Source: Fimbriosthenelais zetlandica
Taxonomy: Eukaryota
DNA length: 64,000 nt
Direction: 5' to 3'
Assembly (NCBI GenBank): GCA_977030845.1
Contig: OZ365113.1
Span: 20,646,001 to 20,710,000, forward strand
Shown: positions 13,501 to 28,150 of the stretch, piece after piece
How the letters are laid out: each line of letters starts with the position of its first letter
Numbering within the stretch: position 1 is the stretch's first letter
Program-made: the position numbers and the translations under genes
Notes under the pieces: model-generated
Database searches by the model: none
What the model was told of the DNA's origin: nothing
The model's input: only the letters and a program-made list of their open reading frames with translations

Positions 13501-16380
13501 GTTGTTCTCCTTCAACGAAAAGGGCATCTGTGACTCTTGCCCAGTGGAAGGGTGCTCATAGGCAGTTGAATGGCCTCACTGGGTGCTACTCCAGCGACTT
13601 GAGCTTTTGCATAAGATGGCCATTCATCAAGGTGAGCATTGAAAAGAGGGTCGTTGAGACTGAGGGAAATACATAAGAGGCTATTGTGGCCTGACACCAC
13701 CCACTGCAAGCACAGCTAATCATTTTCACTGCAGACTACATACCTTATATAGGACAACGGCAGTCAGTAGGACCTCATATATATGGACTTTCTCCACATA
13801 GTCAGTCTGGGAAAAATCTCAAAGTATCACAGAGAAATATCCGCCAATTAATGAGAAATTCACCCTGCACAATGCATCAGATATTCTAAATTATGCCAAC
13901 ACTAATATAATACACTATGTGACATAAGTTTTAAAAGTGTCTTTTGGAATGGATATTGCAAATGATACGCCTACGTTTATCAGCCATATGTTGCTGCACA
14001 CACAGTACATTGGCTTTCGTAAAAGGCCCAATTTCGAAACTTCAGGAAGGAAAGGTGTTCTTTTGTAAGCGGATATCATTGAAGGTTTTTATTCATGGTC
14101 TTTGAAAGGAAATCACATATATACTGGAAGTAGAGCAAGTCGAACTTTAACTTTGATCTGTGACATGTCTTGACTGTGTGTGCTGCTGTCACCTTCCCCA
14201 AATATAGAAATGGTTGGGGACCAAAAGTGAAAAGTTAATCCAAGAAGCTTCCGAGTGGAAATCTTACTTTACAACTAGAAGTGTTTTTCACGCCCCTTTT
14301 TTCTCCCTTGGGCGTGTCTCTGTATTGAAAATAGACCCAGGGAGCACAATCGAAGCTTCTGGTCCAAACCTCCTATTCATTATTTATAGCGACTTTCTAT
14401 TCAACTCCCCCAACGAAGACGACAGCATTTCTTGTTCAATGACCTTAGCACAAGTCAAGGTCATAGAAGAATGTTTAGCTTCATTTATTTAAAGCGTGTG
14501 CTGTGTGGAAGCCATATAGGAGGTGAGCACTGGATATGTCTCATACTATTCAATAAGGACAAAAACTGTTCAGGTGTAAAATATACAGTTATATAGTATT
14601 AGGTTGACCTTACTGAGACCAATCTGAGCTGGACAGTTAGCTATATCACTGAGCTATATCAATGAGTGACTCATATATTGCCTCAAGTCTATCTGATCTC
14701 CTCATTTCTCTGTAAAGAATTAGACACTTGATGTCAAACCGTGCCAAGTGTTCGACCTTAATTAATTGTTAATTGGCTTAATCCAAATGTCAATTGGCCA
14801 ATTTCGAAATAAAGAGGCAGATTTAAACAATCCATGCATCTAGGAGTAAATTACACTGGGACTCACCTTTTGTATTTAAAAAGGCGAGGACAAATGGATT
14901 GCTCGATCTATTATCACAAACCACATATAAAGGCTCTTATCTTTCTTCACTATATAGCCTCCTTCTAAGAATAGAATATAATGAGGCACAACTAAAGTAA
15001 AAAAAAATATCTTCCATCTTTTTGGCTTGAAGCCTGTGTGACAATAATAATTGTCTAGCTATAGGTAGTATACTACATGTATACTATTTGTTTATGTTAT
15101 TTTCACACAAAGCAAGAAAAACTCACTGTGTCAACACAATATTTGACTTTGAGGACACCTTAAGTAAAAGAGAATGTCCTCGGCCAGTTGCAGAAGCTAA
15201 TTATTAGCTGACATGACCAAGCAGGCTATGTCCTCTAGACTCCCAGAAGTGCCTTTCACATCAGCTAATAATAGGCATTTACTGGCATACGCATCCGAAT
15301 TCTTGTAGATTTTTCCCTTAGCAAAGCCTTAAATGTGATTTATGAGCCTTTCCAACAACTTATTATACGTCTAGATTCATGCTGTGGATTCCACTGTGCT
15401 ACTCTTCCAATTACCTCTGCAGAGTCGACGTGCTGGATATCAAACAATTCTTTGCAACATTTACAACTTTTTTATCCACACCAATGTTTTTCTGCAAGTA
15501 ACCTAGTGAATCGATGTACAGGAATCCAGGAGTTTATTGTTAACCTATCTGTAATTACAATTTGAAAGATGTCACTCGGTGGACAAAATACAAAATTTGT
15601 TTAAAATACAGATCCTATGACATGTTCCTACTCTGCATCCCCTTATAATTCCAAGACAGTTTCCGCAGCCAACAAAGCTGAATAAATAATAGCTCGGATT
15701 CCATGGGGATAAAAATAAACCTCACATTTGGATGTTTTATCACCAATCTAATAGCACTGTGAATTGATAATGCTTCTTTGGATCGCTGGCTTCACACAAA
15801 GTATGATAAGCACCATATAATGTATAAATTATAACCCCCAATCTGAGTGCCTCAAACTTACATGCTGCCTCACTAATTACTTCAGGGGGTATTAGCTCTA
15901 AAGGAAATCACCAGTGTAATGCACTTAACTGCTGTGACTGAGTGGGCTGCAGCGCAATGAATATGCATACAAATAGTTCACATATTACCATTTCATCTGG
16001 GAATGTTTGTGAGCGATTAAATGGTCATAAATAAAAGGATGATATGGAGGGAGGAATCTGCCTTAGTATAGAAGGAGGAGCTATTTTGGTAGAAAAAATC
16101 CCCACCATCAATTTACATTTTATAAGGATAGAGTCAGGGATGGACTCATTGACTCGTTCAGATTAGGATGGTAACCAGATTAATTTTGCTAATCTCATCT
16201 TGATTTCCTTCTTTTCAAACTTGTACAAAACGCCAATCCATTGTCATCTGTGATTTTCCACATCATGATATGTGATTCATGTCAACCCCTTTTCATGTTG
16301 TAACTGTAAGCTAGTACTGTTTTAAAATAGGTATATAGAACATCTGTTGCATATAGAACAAATGTCAGCTTCAAGGTCTC

Positions 16381-16405
16381 TTTTTTTTCTTCTTTTTTTT
16401 TTTAT
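16381..16405 (-). repeat. Poly(A) tract directly following AATAAA on the minus strand; possible retroposon 3' tail
   Basis: The minus strand reads GAATAAAAAAAAAAAAGAAGAAAAAAAA. Confidence 0.35.
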
Positions 16406-16858
16406 TCAGAAAAACTCAGCTTTTTTTACATTATATTGTGAAGTATCCTTATTTGAGCCAGTCGACTACCTGAGGCCAGTGGCCTATGTTGGAGTCTGTA
16501 TTTAATTACAAAAATGTATTCAAATATGAGTTTTAACAGCGGTGAGATCAAAAGAGTTAACTGAAGTAAAGAGTATATATATTGGTAGAAAAAGAAAACG
16601 AAAAACAAGAAAAGGTAAGTACACATACAAAAATATGAAGTAAATTAGTTATGTTCCTCAAATAATAAAACGTGTTTAACTTGTCTTTTAAAATTCTCAA
16701 TACAACAGTTTTGGTTAAAAAGTTCAAAATACATATTGCCTAATCGTGGAACCTGAAATCCTTTGAAATCACTGTTCTCGTGGTTCAATATTTTAGGAGA
16801 AAAATCTAATGAGATGAGTTTTTTTCATAACCATAGGCTAAAGCATTGTTTTGAAACA

Positions 16859-16894
16859 GGCGCCTGGAGTGCAGAGATCTTGAGTTCAAACCCG
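16859..16894 (+). mobile_element. tRNA-derived SINE-like remnant
   Basis: GGCGCCTGGAGTGCAGAGATCTTGAGTTCAAACCCG resembles an anticodon arm, variable loop (AGATC) and B box (GAGTTCAAACC). No 5' half is visible. Confidence 0.3.
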
Positions 16895-18629
16895 TAGCAT
16901 ACCCAAGGTAAGAGCATGTACCTTCAACAGTAGTTCAAATAACAATAGTGGTTTAGGTTTGCCATCCGCAGGCCAAAGAGGCAAATGCTCTTCAATCAAC
17001 TTACTGATAAAAATACATTGATCCTAATTGAGAGAATTAACAAAAGAAGTGTGACCTAATGGAGAGGAAAACTAAAAGCTTATATTATAGTCAAGGAGTG
17101 GAGGTAGTTGCGTACAAACAATTCAGCACCACATATTCCCAGCTTTTGCAGTTTAAATTTTGACTTTGTCATGTTTCGCAAAAACACGAAATACACTGCG
17201 TTTGCGTCATATGCTTTTCTATCCTCTACATATATCTGGGTAGATAAAAATATCCTATATATATATACAGTTGACACATTTTGAGACTATGACTGAAGAT
17301 TTCAAAGTTCAACAAGAAGGGGAGGAAATACAAGAGAATGTACTAAGGATTTGACTCCTTCATTGATTAAAAATGTCAGTGCTATACAAAGTAATATGTT
17401 TCTTGATATTCCACTCTGTTTGTGTTTTTTCTTCAGTCTCTCGTGTCATTTCTTTGCAACCTTCGTTTTAATGCTGCATGGTTTCGATTTTTTCTCCCCT
17501 TTGATCATCTCGAGCCAAAAACATCTTTTCCTACAGAACCAGGCCACGAATTCACTATTATTGATTGACATTCCCAAATGGTAACCCACACCCAACCGAG
17601 GCATTGTAGGTTGGGGTAGTCATCCATACACATCTGCCCTTCCATCAATAAAAAGGCAAGTACAGAACCTGAATAAATTATATACATGTAGGTTTGTGTC
17701 TAGTTTCAGGTTGAGTAATCGCTGGATGGATGTCACCCTTGTGTTGAAAGAAGCTAAGGGTCTGATACTTTTTTCATGTTGAGGAAGTGACTCCAAACAA
17801 GCCTCAGCTCAGGTCACAATATGGATATTGATACATGTCTCTAAATCATCCCTTCAATATCAATTGCTACCATGTACAATGTACTTTAATGTGGTTCTAA
17901 TAAAACAGGAAAGTATTCTGGCAGGTCAAGTCAGAAAGAAAGGTAGATCAAAACGAATTCATGATCTGAAACTATAAAAGTCTGATGAAATATTTTGGGA
18001 AAATGGCCACAATTCTATTTGTTGCCCAGTATAAATTTCCACGAGGAGCTCGCTACCATTGTCACTGTTCTTTAAACAACCAGTAAGGAAACGCGAGATG
18101 ACTTGATTGACCTTTGGTTTCCCTGGAGATTAAAAGGACACAAACTGACCTAAAAAATCATGTTGACAACGTGAATCCAGGAATATGTTGACCTGCCACT
18201 TGTAAAATGACCGAGGTAAAGTCTATTGTCAGACCCATTATAGTCCACAACCGAGGATGGATGCTCAGGCGTGTTCACCGTAGACAGAGAACCGTGATTG
18301 CTGCCCCTCCACTAACATATACAATCAAGCCATCCACACCTTACAAAACGCAGCACAAACGTGAGAGACGGTCAGCATTTGGAAATCAAGGAGGAAAAGA
18401 GGGATGGGGCGGAGACCAACAGGCTACTTTGATGGGTATGTGAGGAGGGTTGGCAGGTGACAACTAGCTATATGGCGAAAGCAGCTTTGACTACAAGACT
18501 GGGAGGGGAGCTGGGCCCCAGGGGACCTGGTGTAATTTCACCAAGGATGTTTAGACAATGGAGGTAGGCCTTGGGGAAGGAGAACATGATGTAGTTGGTG
18601 GGGTTTCACTGTGTTGAGCCATCACACCC

Positions 18630-18890
18630 GAACAGAATAGAGTGGGGCTAATTAATCCACGAGTCAGGAAATAGGAGCAAGGAGCGACAAAAGCTGAAGT
18701 GGGTAAGTTGAGAGGGCAAGAGGTGATGAAAATAGCGGTGGACGATAATTATATTAAGAGAGACATCATCTTTCAAGATCCAGAGACTGTCAGGAAAGGA
18801 CTAGCATTATATAATCAATGTTGGAATTCATCCAAATACGATGAACACATTCTGCTGGGAAAAAAACCTCACAATGAAAACTGGTTGTAG
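18630..18890 (+). mobile_element. Decayed RTE-like LINE APE endonuclease fragment
   Basis: A single frame reads NRVGLINPRVRK*...KYDEHILLG, resembling the GVGxIxxxxVxx and PKxDxxIxxGDFN motifs in the right order. The catalytic DFN is absent. Confidence 0.25.
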
Positions 18891-21800
18891 CTGGAGACTG
18901 CATTAGTCTTCCAGATTAATGTCTTCCCTTTTCACAGCCTTTTGAAGATTGAACCTGATATCACCCATTGTTAGGTATGGAGCTGCCCAGCAGGCACACA
19001 ACCATGGAACTAGTACATAGTATGCAGCAACACCCAATCTGTGCATCCTTCTTCCCATCCCTTCAACCTCACCCTTCCACACACCATCCCCTGTGCACTA
19101 CAAAAGCCAAACAAGCTACATGACCATAAAGTCAGTCACCAACACAGTTTTCCCCCCTAAACAACAACCCTTTTTTCTCCCCGACTAATTTTGCCCAGCA
19201 TTGTCCTCCTCCCCTCTCTCGTCTATCAATGGTTCTGTGAACCCTAGGGAGAGCAAGGGCAATGTCCGCACATAGACATTTTATTGCAGCTTGCCTTTTG
19301 TTATTCTGTATATGGTCTTTAACACTCTGGCACCAAGCACTGTTGCACAGTTTGTATCGTCTCCCTTGGCACTCGTGCTCCCCTCTGCTTGTTGAGCACC
19401 TCTGTGAACATTCATGCGATGCAGCCACTGTTCATGTTGGAGGTGATATTTCAGAACGTAACATCATCTTATATTTGATGTGGATGGTTCAGCAAAATGG
19501 TATTAGTCGTGGCTAGAATATGAGGTAGCATTATAATTTTGCAAAGGAAAATGCCTATTCTTTGTGGCGCTTAGAAGAATGCATCATAAATCAATGTTAT
19601 ACAATGTACAATGGTGGTTGAGCGAAAAAAATTATATATAATGTTAGAATGTGTGTAATGTCATATATTATGTCATGAGGACAATGCTTATGGCAGAATC
19701 GTGATATTCGTAAGGAAATAATATATCTTCCATACTACATTTTTTTAAATTCCGAATCCTTCTAGAAAGGTTTTCTCTGTCTGCCTAAGAGGCTGAAAAT
19801 CTACATTGAATTTCAGACTAACAGAAATTAGTGAACTCTTGCATGAAAACAAATCCATGTTCCATGTTGTGGAAATACTGTACCCTAGGTTTAAGATTCA
19901 GATGAATATTTGTAATTTATCCTGGAAAATATATCTCTGTCAGTTAACCGTTAACCAGGTAGAATAGACATCGGCTTTTATTGGAGTAGCCATGGTGTAG
20001 TAAGGTTGTTCCTGGCATGCATTGAATTTCCCACAGTGTCTCACGAAGGAAGATGTTTGTTGTCTTTTAGAGAATAGGAAGAGGCTATACTTTTACACAG
20101 ATATCGCCTGATGGAATGAAAAGATGAAATATTCCTGCGGTTATTTCTAATTTCTGGAATAATTGGTCACATCAAGCACCACATGGGACGCTTGTTGTTT
20201 AATGATATTAATGCTCGTCAAGAGTTTTTTTAAAAATTCCATTGTCTGGAAATCCAATAATTGCTTTTAAAATTTGCGAACAGATGTTGCCTGTTTTTTT
20301 AATGAAAGCCTTAAGAAGAAAAGTGCTTTCTGCAGTTTCTGGAAGGCAGGGTAGGAAATATTGTGGGTGGACAAATTTCAACTTCTAGTAATTCTAGAAT
20401 GCCTTACCGAAGTGGATCTATTGATATTTGAATGTGAAGAACTCGACTGTGCAGTCCCCCTATGATAATCATGAAATCGAGAAACAAACATGGGATGTCG
20501 CCTAGCTGATTCGAGGCTTACACTAATATGAAAAGTAACATTTATCAGAGCTAATTTATTCAAACTAGCTTGACCTTTGCCAATATTCAATAGCAAGAGC
20601 CACCTTTCAAGACCAAAGGACGACATAACACACTCTCCCCAAGATCTAAGATAGTCCGCTCCTACAAGGCAGCTGTGCATCTCCATTTACAATGGACACC
20701 ATGCGTTAGCCGTCAATACTTAAATACACAGAGGAGAAGGGAGTATCTAAACCTCCCTCTTGTCTCCCTCGGTGCCTATAGCCTCTGGCTAGTACCTATT
20801 TATGGCCAACCTGAGCGTGGAAATCATCATGTACTCAAGTTTTTCTACCGCCTTTTTCTCTCCACATCCAATCACCACCCATCATTTAGCCGAGACAAGG
20901 TCACACCGCCTTTTCCTTGTCCCATCCTATTTGTATTTTGCATACATCCATAACCTCCTTGCTGGCCAGGCATCGTGTATATAATTCAGCCCAAGCCTTC
21001 ATATATACTCCCTTAGGTTCAATCCTTTTAGATTCAGTTTGATCGATAATACTTACACACCCAACCAACAACCATTGACTCTGCAATCCTGTTCCCCGGA
21101 TGAAACCCAAGTACCTTCAGTGGAGGGAGCGATAGACACCATGGCCTCTGACACTTTTTATTCTAGGACCAAGTCATCCAATCAGGGTAATCTCTATATA
21201 TATGGTTAACATTTTTTGACTTACACATTTACATACATGTATATAGCGACATGAAAGGAAACTCACTTCGAGTGAAAGAACAGGATATCTTGAAACGTTA
21301 ATATAATATTGATATTCATACTCAAAATCATCTTATCCACACCTCCAACCTGTGCCAATTCTTTCACATGGCAATTAGCAGCTTTTAAAATCTTTTTTTT
21401 TCGTATTTATAAAGGAGCTTTCCGGGGAAATTGGCTTTCTGGGATCGAATTTTAATGCCATTTCCTTCTTTTTATGGGATGACTTTTTTGACCTTATTGA
21501 CACGGTCAATTCCATCAGGCAAGTCCATTACCTAAATCCTCTCAGCAACTAAGAGCTGACTCTGTCCCTCTCCGTTTGCTTCTTTCCTTACCCTCTCCGC
21601 ATATCCTTTCAACAAACATCAACCGCTAAAACTCTCCTATCCTTCTTCAATGCTTATCCGCTCCAGCAACTGTCACTCTGCAAGGATGTGCCCACCTTTT
21701 CCAATGTCCACTTATCCCTGCACTGGGCAGCCTATCACCAATCACTTTTAAGCCTAATCTTTAAAGCCTAAAGCCTGATTCTTTCACCATAGTCTCTCGA

Positions 21801-24800
21801 ACATTGTATGAACAATATTTTACTCCAACTTGTCCTTTATCAACAGGAATCTTTCTCCCTCACTCTTATTTCTGCTTTAGCTGACATATACAACCTCAGT
21901 TTATCCTACCCACAACCTTTAGCTCCCACCAAGCTGCTATCTTTGGCACCGGTTCACTCTGAGTCTCTGTTATGGTGTTTTTGCTGGCCTGGGGAAGACC
22001 CTGACTCTAACCTTGTGCTGCCAGCCTGAGGGGCATAGGTGCAAGATATCCATACCTTGAGCCAGACCTCCAGTATGACTTAATCCTATCCAGGTAATAC
22101 AAGGACTACCTCAGCGATTGTGGCAGTCATGTGAATCGTGTAGTCTGTCTGTGAAAGCTATTTAATTGACTTCCAGCAACAGGTGGATTTAACAATTTAT
22201 TCAATATTGGTAGAGGATGGAACAGATTTCTTTGTACTGAACTGTCCACCTTGAAAGCCTTCCATGATTCCCTTTAGAGTTTAGAGGAATGCTAAAGTAT
22301 TTTGTATCCACTGAAAGGAAACTCAATGGAATTCAATAATTCAGTGTAATCCGCAGCTGCCAGTCTGGGCACAAAGTGCTGTCATTTCAACTCTTCCATT
22401 GAACAATTAAAACAAACACTTTACATGACATGTTGGAGATTCCGCCCAATAAGGGGGTCTGAATAGTAAATCAATTTTGCCTATCTCCGTTAGGGGAGCT
22501 GTCACATTAACCCTTCAAGCAATCCAACAACCCATTATCCCATTACACCATTAATCATAGCTTCAACAGCACTCTCACCTAGCTATGCTCAACTCTGAGC
22601 CAGAAGAGATCTCTTAAAATATACACTAATATCATACAAATATACAGCCATTAGCAAGCCTCAAGAGATCCATTACCAATCTAAAAGCAAATTTTCTCTC
22701 TTGCATTATATATATAGTTCAGGCTGGAATTAAATTGTATTAAATACACTGAAGAGGCTTATGGGCGAGGAGTGAGGCATTCATTCCATCCACTGGTGAT
22801 ATATTTCATCAAATGCCTTGGAATACAGAGCGTTTATGTGCCCCTCTGGGTGGAAGTTGCATCTCCAGCCCATCTTGGGCTCAGTGCTACAGACTTGAGA
22901 TTTCCCAGGGTGGTAGTTTGAGTTTTGGTTTCTTCTTATATACACTGACCAAGTTGTAATCAGACACACACATGACAGCTGCTTCCTTCTCATCCTAGTT
23001 CTTCCTCTAAGGACAAAAAGCACAGCTGCTTCAGAGGCAGCCCCAGGGATGCTGCTGCAGCTCTTCAACCAAACCTACCAACAAATGAAAATGTGGGAAA
23101 AAGAATGATCCAATTTTAAATTTTCCGGCTGGGGAGCTCGCTGAATTTCCAAAACTACGATCGGAGAAGATTGAAAGATCCATTCCATTAGCAATTTTGA
23201 ATAAATCCAGCCAGGAAATGTTTATTCAATAGGCCTACCCATTGAATCTATTCCAATAGCTTTATGTCTGGCAGATATATTCCATTCACAACAATATTCA
23301 CCGACCAAGGCCATTCAAAATAACCTAAATTGTTCTAACGTATGACAGAGGTCACCGTCTATCTAGAATTCGTAGCCGTCAATTAGATACACAAGATGCT
23401 CCTTGAAGAAATCTCTTCTTTTCTTCTCCATTTTACACAAGATGAAAAGACTCTTGGGCCTCAGAGCTGTAAAGTTCTGGTCGATAAGCCACGGCCTTGG
23501 CAAGGTGTAATTGTTGACTGGGTTAGGGCCTTGACTCTGGGGATCAAAGTGACCACCAGTGGCACCAAGCACCATCTGCACACATGTGTACATGCTCTAA
23601 GAGGCAGTCGCTCAGGGCCAGCAAAGTGACTAAACGGTGGTCTGAATTTAAACCAAAAACCTTTACAGAGTTACCAGTCCAACAACATAGATTTACAAGA
23701 ACCATGATGAAGACAAATGGTTCATTTTAGCCTCCATGTGTTTGAAGATTGCAAGTGAATAACCTATTATTATGCAGCATATTTTCATGGTCTTTCATGG
23801 AGTAAAGAGTAAAGAACCTGAGATTTGCTGCTTTATATTGACAACCGTTCGTGTACATTTTACAAGCGCAAGATGCTGCTTTCTTCCCAACAAAACATTA
23901 AATCCTAGCTAAAAAAAATCATTATATCAGTGCCTTGTAAAATAAAAGATTTTAAACCAGCCTCTGGTCATTGGCTGCAGAGTTGTCATGCAGAAGGTAA
24001 CCACATTGCCATGTTAAGGGGCAATTTGCGGTTCTCTCTTCAATCGCTTCATTTTAAACTCGTTCTTCAAAGAACCTGAGAACCAGGTTGAGAGAGACCT
24101 AGTTTCGATGAGTGTAATGTTAAGTTGTGTGAAACGCCAGAGCAATTTAAAATATTATATTAGATGATTTTGCTATCATGGGAATTTTCAATGCTCTTTT
24201 CAACGGCACTTATGAACACTGAATAATACCTCTGTACATCTTAATAAGATTCTACCGACTCCCTAAGTTTAATCTAATATAATAATATACTCTCCTATAC
24301 TATCCATTGTTTCTTCTTATTGATTATGTTCTAAAACATAAAGTTATTTTTTTTTATCAAATCTGATAAGAAGTATTAAAACAGAATCATCGTCCTCAAA
24401 GGACACCCGATTAATGTAGCGAGTGCTTTGAAAGTTGCAATTTCAATTGTTGAAACTGAAAGGCAGACCTGTTCCAACATTTGGACTGTTTATCTGATCT
24501 GAAAAAAATGATTAACTGCACTCATTGGATTTAAATGTGTTTTAAATTGGCCCTGTTGTAACAAGCTCTGCCAGGACTGATCATCCAATCTGGTATGAAT
24601 TATGTTCATCAAGACTAATTCCATAAAGAATTCAAACAAAATGATTTCATTAAATGGAACCTGTGATACCGGGAAGGGGAACGGATAGTCAGTTTTTAGG
24701 AAGGATTAAAATGCATCCAATGAAATCTCTCTTTTGCCCATTGTACTATTGTTTATCTGTTTCCAAATGAGGCAAATTATGGCATTTCCATCCATTTCGT

Positions 24801-26464
24801 TATTTCACTTTTTGGTTATTTTATTTTCTGCACAAGGCAGAATTATATTTTTTTTATACACACCAACATTTTACTTTGTTATTATTAACAAAGGCAGTGC
24901 AGACTACAGTCATCCCTGAAACCCTGTTCATGATCTGACATGTGCACGCAGGACATCTGGACATGAGAGTATACCTTACCAAAAAGTGAGTCAGAAACCA
25001 AACTGCACTTGACAACTGATTTTCTCGCAGCAATTTTTAATCTTTATGATACAAGGAAGAATAAAACCCCCATTTTAGCATAAAACATATCTCGGTAACT
25101 CATCACACAAAACGGAGACAATAAAAAAAACGTGGGATTTATTTTTTTTGTCAAAAGAGACAGCTTGTGAACATTGCCATGAGCTTGGATCTTCGAAATA
25201 AATTCTTGTATGGTTGCTTCACATTGCTAATAATGCATTTGGGTGGATGATAAAACACCTGTCCTGTATGAAATTTTGATCGAAACACAACTGTATACTC
25301 TTTGGGAAAAATCAGGATATATATACATAAAGGGTCACAGGCTACAAGACAGATAGGAGAGCACCGGTCAAGGATTTGGCAGGAGACGAGAGTTAGCCTT
25401 CCACCTGCGCTCTCAAGTCCTCCTGACCCTTTCCGATCAGCAATACATGGCTCTTCTGCAGCACCTGTTGTGAGGCAAGGTGTATGGTTTCCGGAAATGG
25501 GAGGATGATATAGTGAGAGCGGAGGACGGAACGAGGGTGGAATGTATATAAGGCATGGGAAGAGGGATGGGGGGAAAATGGAAGGAGGTATCATAGGAAC
25601 GAAAGGGAACTATACCATGAGGTTAGGTAGGTTGAGTGGGTAAGTAGCTGAGGGAAATAGGAAAATATATCGAAGTTATAATGCCAAACCATTGTTCTAC
25701 CACTCCCTGCTTGGTTAGTATACCCTTCCATAGAGGTCTCAAAGCTGTAGTTTAGAGAGCCCGGTCCGAGTTGGGTGGACGCAATCATTTGATTGTTCGG
25801 TCATGGTAGAACGTAAATTCAGTGGGGCCAGAATAGACCCTTAGATTGTCCTCAGTCCAACCTACCCGGTCTCAATTCATTGAATTGATATAAAAGTTGT
25901 TGAAAAGTACTATCCAACTCCTGAAAAATGTGTTTTACATACATGTATAGCTGGTATTTTGAAGTCTAGGACTGGATCTGCTATAATTTAGTCCCTTTAA
26001 GAAAATTCCTAATGGCTGGCTGGGACATGAATTTACTTTAAGGTCTATATTACTATGATCTGGATTGGACAGGATGCATAAGTTAACAGCTGAAGTTGGG
26101 GTAGAGAAGGTTAAATTAGGTGGTTATCGATCACCGCTATAGGGTCGGTCTGTAGTAAAGAAATCAGCTAATCCTTCCACGCTTCTGGGCATCCATGTAA
26201 ACATGTTCCCCTGGCTTGGGCAAGGTCAGAAATCTAATTTCCAACGCTTTCCCCCTACCCACTCATCTAGCTTCACACTGCCCCGTTATCCTCATTGCAG
26301 ATTTGCCATGCACCTTTTTTGTATCTTTGTAATGCAAACCTTAAGCCCGATATCCACTGTACGATCTTTGAGGGCACTGACTTTTGTGATTGGCAAACAT
26401 CAAAATAAAATCGTTACGAATCATTTCTCTATTGATTTACTGAAAAATCAGCGCAAGATTTAGG

Positions 26465-26564
26465 CATCCACCAGACCAATCATCTGAACGGATCTGTTTT
26501 GGGTCCCGATCGCCTGTGATCGCTTAAGATCGCAAAATCGGGATGAAAATCGGGCTAGTGGATG
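26465..26564. mobile_element. Short MITE-like relic with imperfect terminal inverted repeats and internal AAATCGGG subrepeats
   Basis: CATCCACCAGACCAAT (26465-26480) matches the reverse complement of 26549-26564 (CATCCACTAGCCCGAT) at 13/16 positions. The interior has GATCGC x3 and AAAATCGGG x2. Confidence 0.5.
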
Positions 26565-27782
26565 TCGGGCCAGGACTGTATAGCCAGGAAATGAGGTTAC
26601 TCACAATGAGAACTCGATATTTTAAAAGTAATGAAAAGAAATATTCTGAATGTATATCCTGTACAAAACAAAACTAAAGTATCTGAGCATCAAAAGATTC
26701 CCTAGATAGACAAGATTAAACTAGTTACAAAACTTCAAGATTGTATGTTGTGATTGCTGTCTGTTTTATCGTTGCATTTAATCAGTAAAATACTTAATGT
26801 ATAAGCTTGGGGGCAATGTGGAAAAGCAGTGACACCTTGGAAGTTTCAGACATCAAATACAAATATGTCTTTTCTCTGATCTTGCTTACTTCCTGAAGGG
26901 AAAGGTTTAGTTTTCCTTCGACTATTATATTATCCGCCCCTGTACATAGAACGCCTTTTACCAATTACTAACCAAGCTCAAGGAACTTTCCAACAAAGCC
27001 AACGATAATGACATGACGTCTCTCAGGAGAAAGAAACTTGAGGGACTAAGAAAAGGGTCACAAAAATAGAAAATGTACATCTATGGGATACAATGGCCCA
27101 CTTTTAGGTGTTGTCTGTGTTGTGCCAGAAGCATCCCTCCAGGTTGCACTGTGTGAACTTCAGTGACTGTGACCGTGTGCTTTACCTCTCAGTCTACAAG
27201 ATCAACTATAGACTGATGCACCAACATGGTGGCCCCTCCCTTTATACATTCATTTTGTTATCTCAGTACTTCCCCTTCTTCCTTTTGTGTCCCAAAGTTT
27301 AGAAAGACGTACAGGATGCCTTTGGCTAGGGCAACGGTTATACATATACATGTAGATGAATTTGAATGAGCCTGCATAGTTACTGCGCACTGACATTAAC
27401 TATATTATTTGTTATAAGGATCAATGCACCAATAATGGGACTCAATTGAGTATGTGGTCTGGTTTGGAGCACAACCAATATGCCAGTAAGTAAAATACAA
27501 ATTGAAGCAGCGAGTCTCCACATGCATGCTTCGAACCCACATACATGTATACATGCCATATTACTATCTGTGGTGCGGAATCCCATGTGTTAATTATCTA
27601 CATTGAATAGAATCATGAGGATGGTATCCCTTACTTTTACTGTGAATACATACTTAGGGACTGCCATCTATATACATTCCCCTCATTCCCACCAGAAAGG
27701 CCTGAGGGCTCCAACGCCCTTTTACTTCAGTTTCCGACCTTCAAACCCCTCCATGGCTTCTGCTCTCCTCACCCCATCTAAG

Positions 27783-28150
27783 GGTCTATAACAAGACTTG
27801 GACCGTTTGAATGGGCGATCCAGGCGATCCTTATCAAGCAGTAATCCCATCAAAGAAGTCAGAATCTCTACCTTTGATGCCAAACAAGCTTTGGATCTGA
27901 TAGATCCAGAGACAGCGGTAAAAAACGGAACACTTTCCTCATACCAGACTCTCTCAGTACCATTAACAACCTCAGCCTATTGATGTTTGTACCGTGTACA
28001 AACGATGCAAGCAGAAAGGAAAACAAGTCCAGGATGGCGAAAAAAGTAAAGTTGTCGCCTCAAGGCGAGAAGTTCCACAAAGACATTCGTCTATATATGT
28101 GGCAAGAAGTCAGCACCCATATACATGACTCTTTTGACTTCATTATGGGG
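27783..28150 (+). mobile_element. Highly decayed LINE (CR1/L2-like) reverse transcriptase C-terminal fragment
   Basis: GL*QDLDRLNGRSRRSLSSSNPIKEVRIS resembles the LQxDLxxLxxWxxxWxxxFNxxKC motif. KDIRLYMWQEVSTHI in another frame loosely resembles KxxLYxxLVRPxLEY. Stops and a frameshift are present. Confidence 0.35.
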
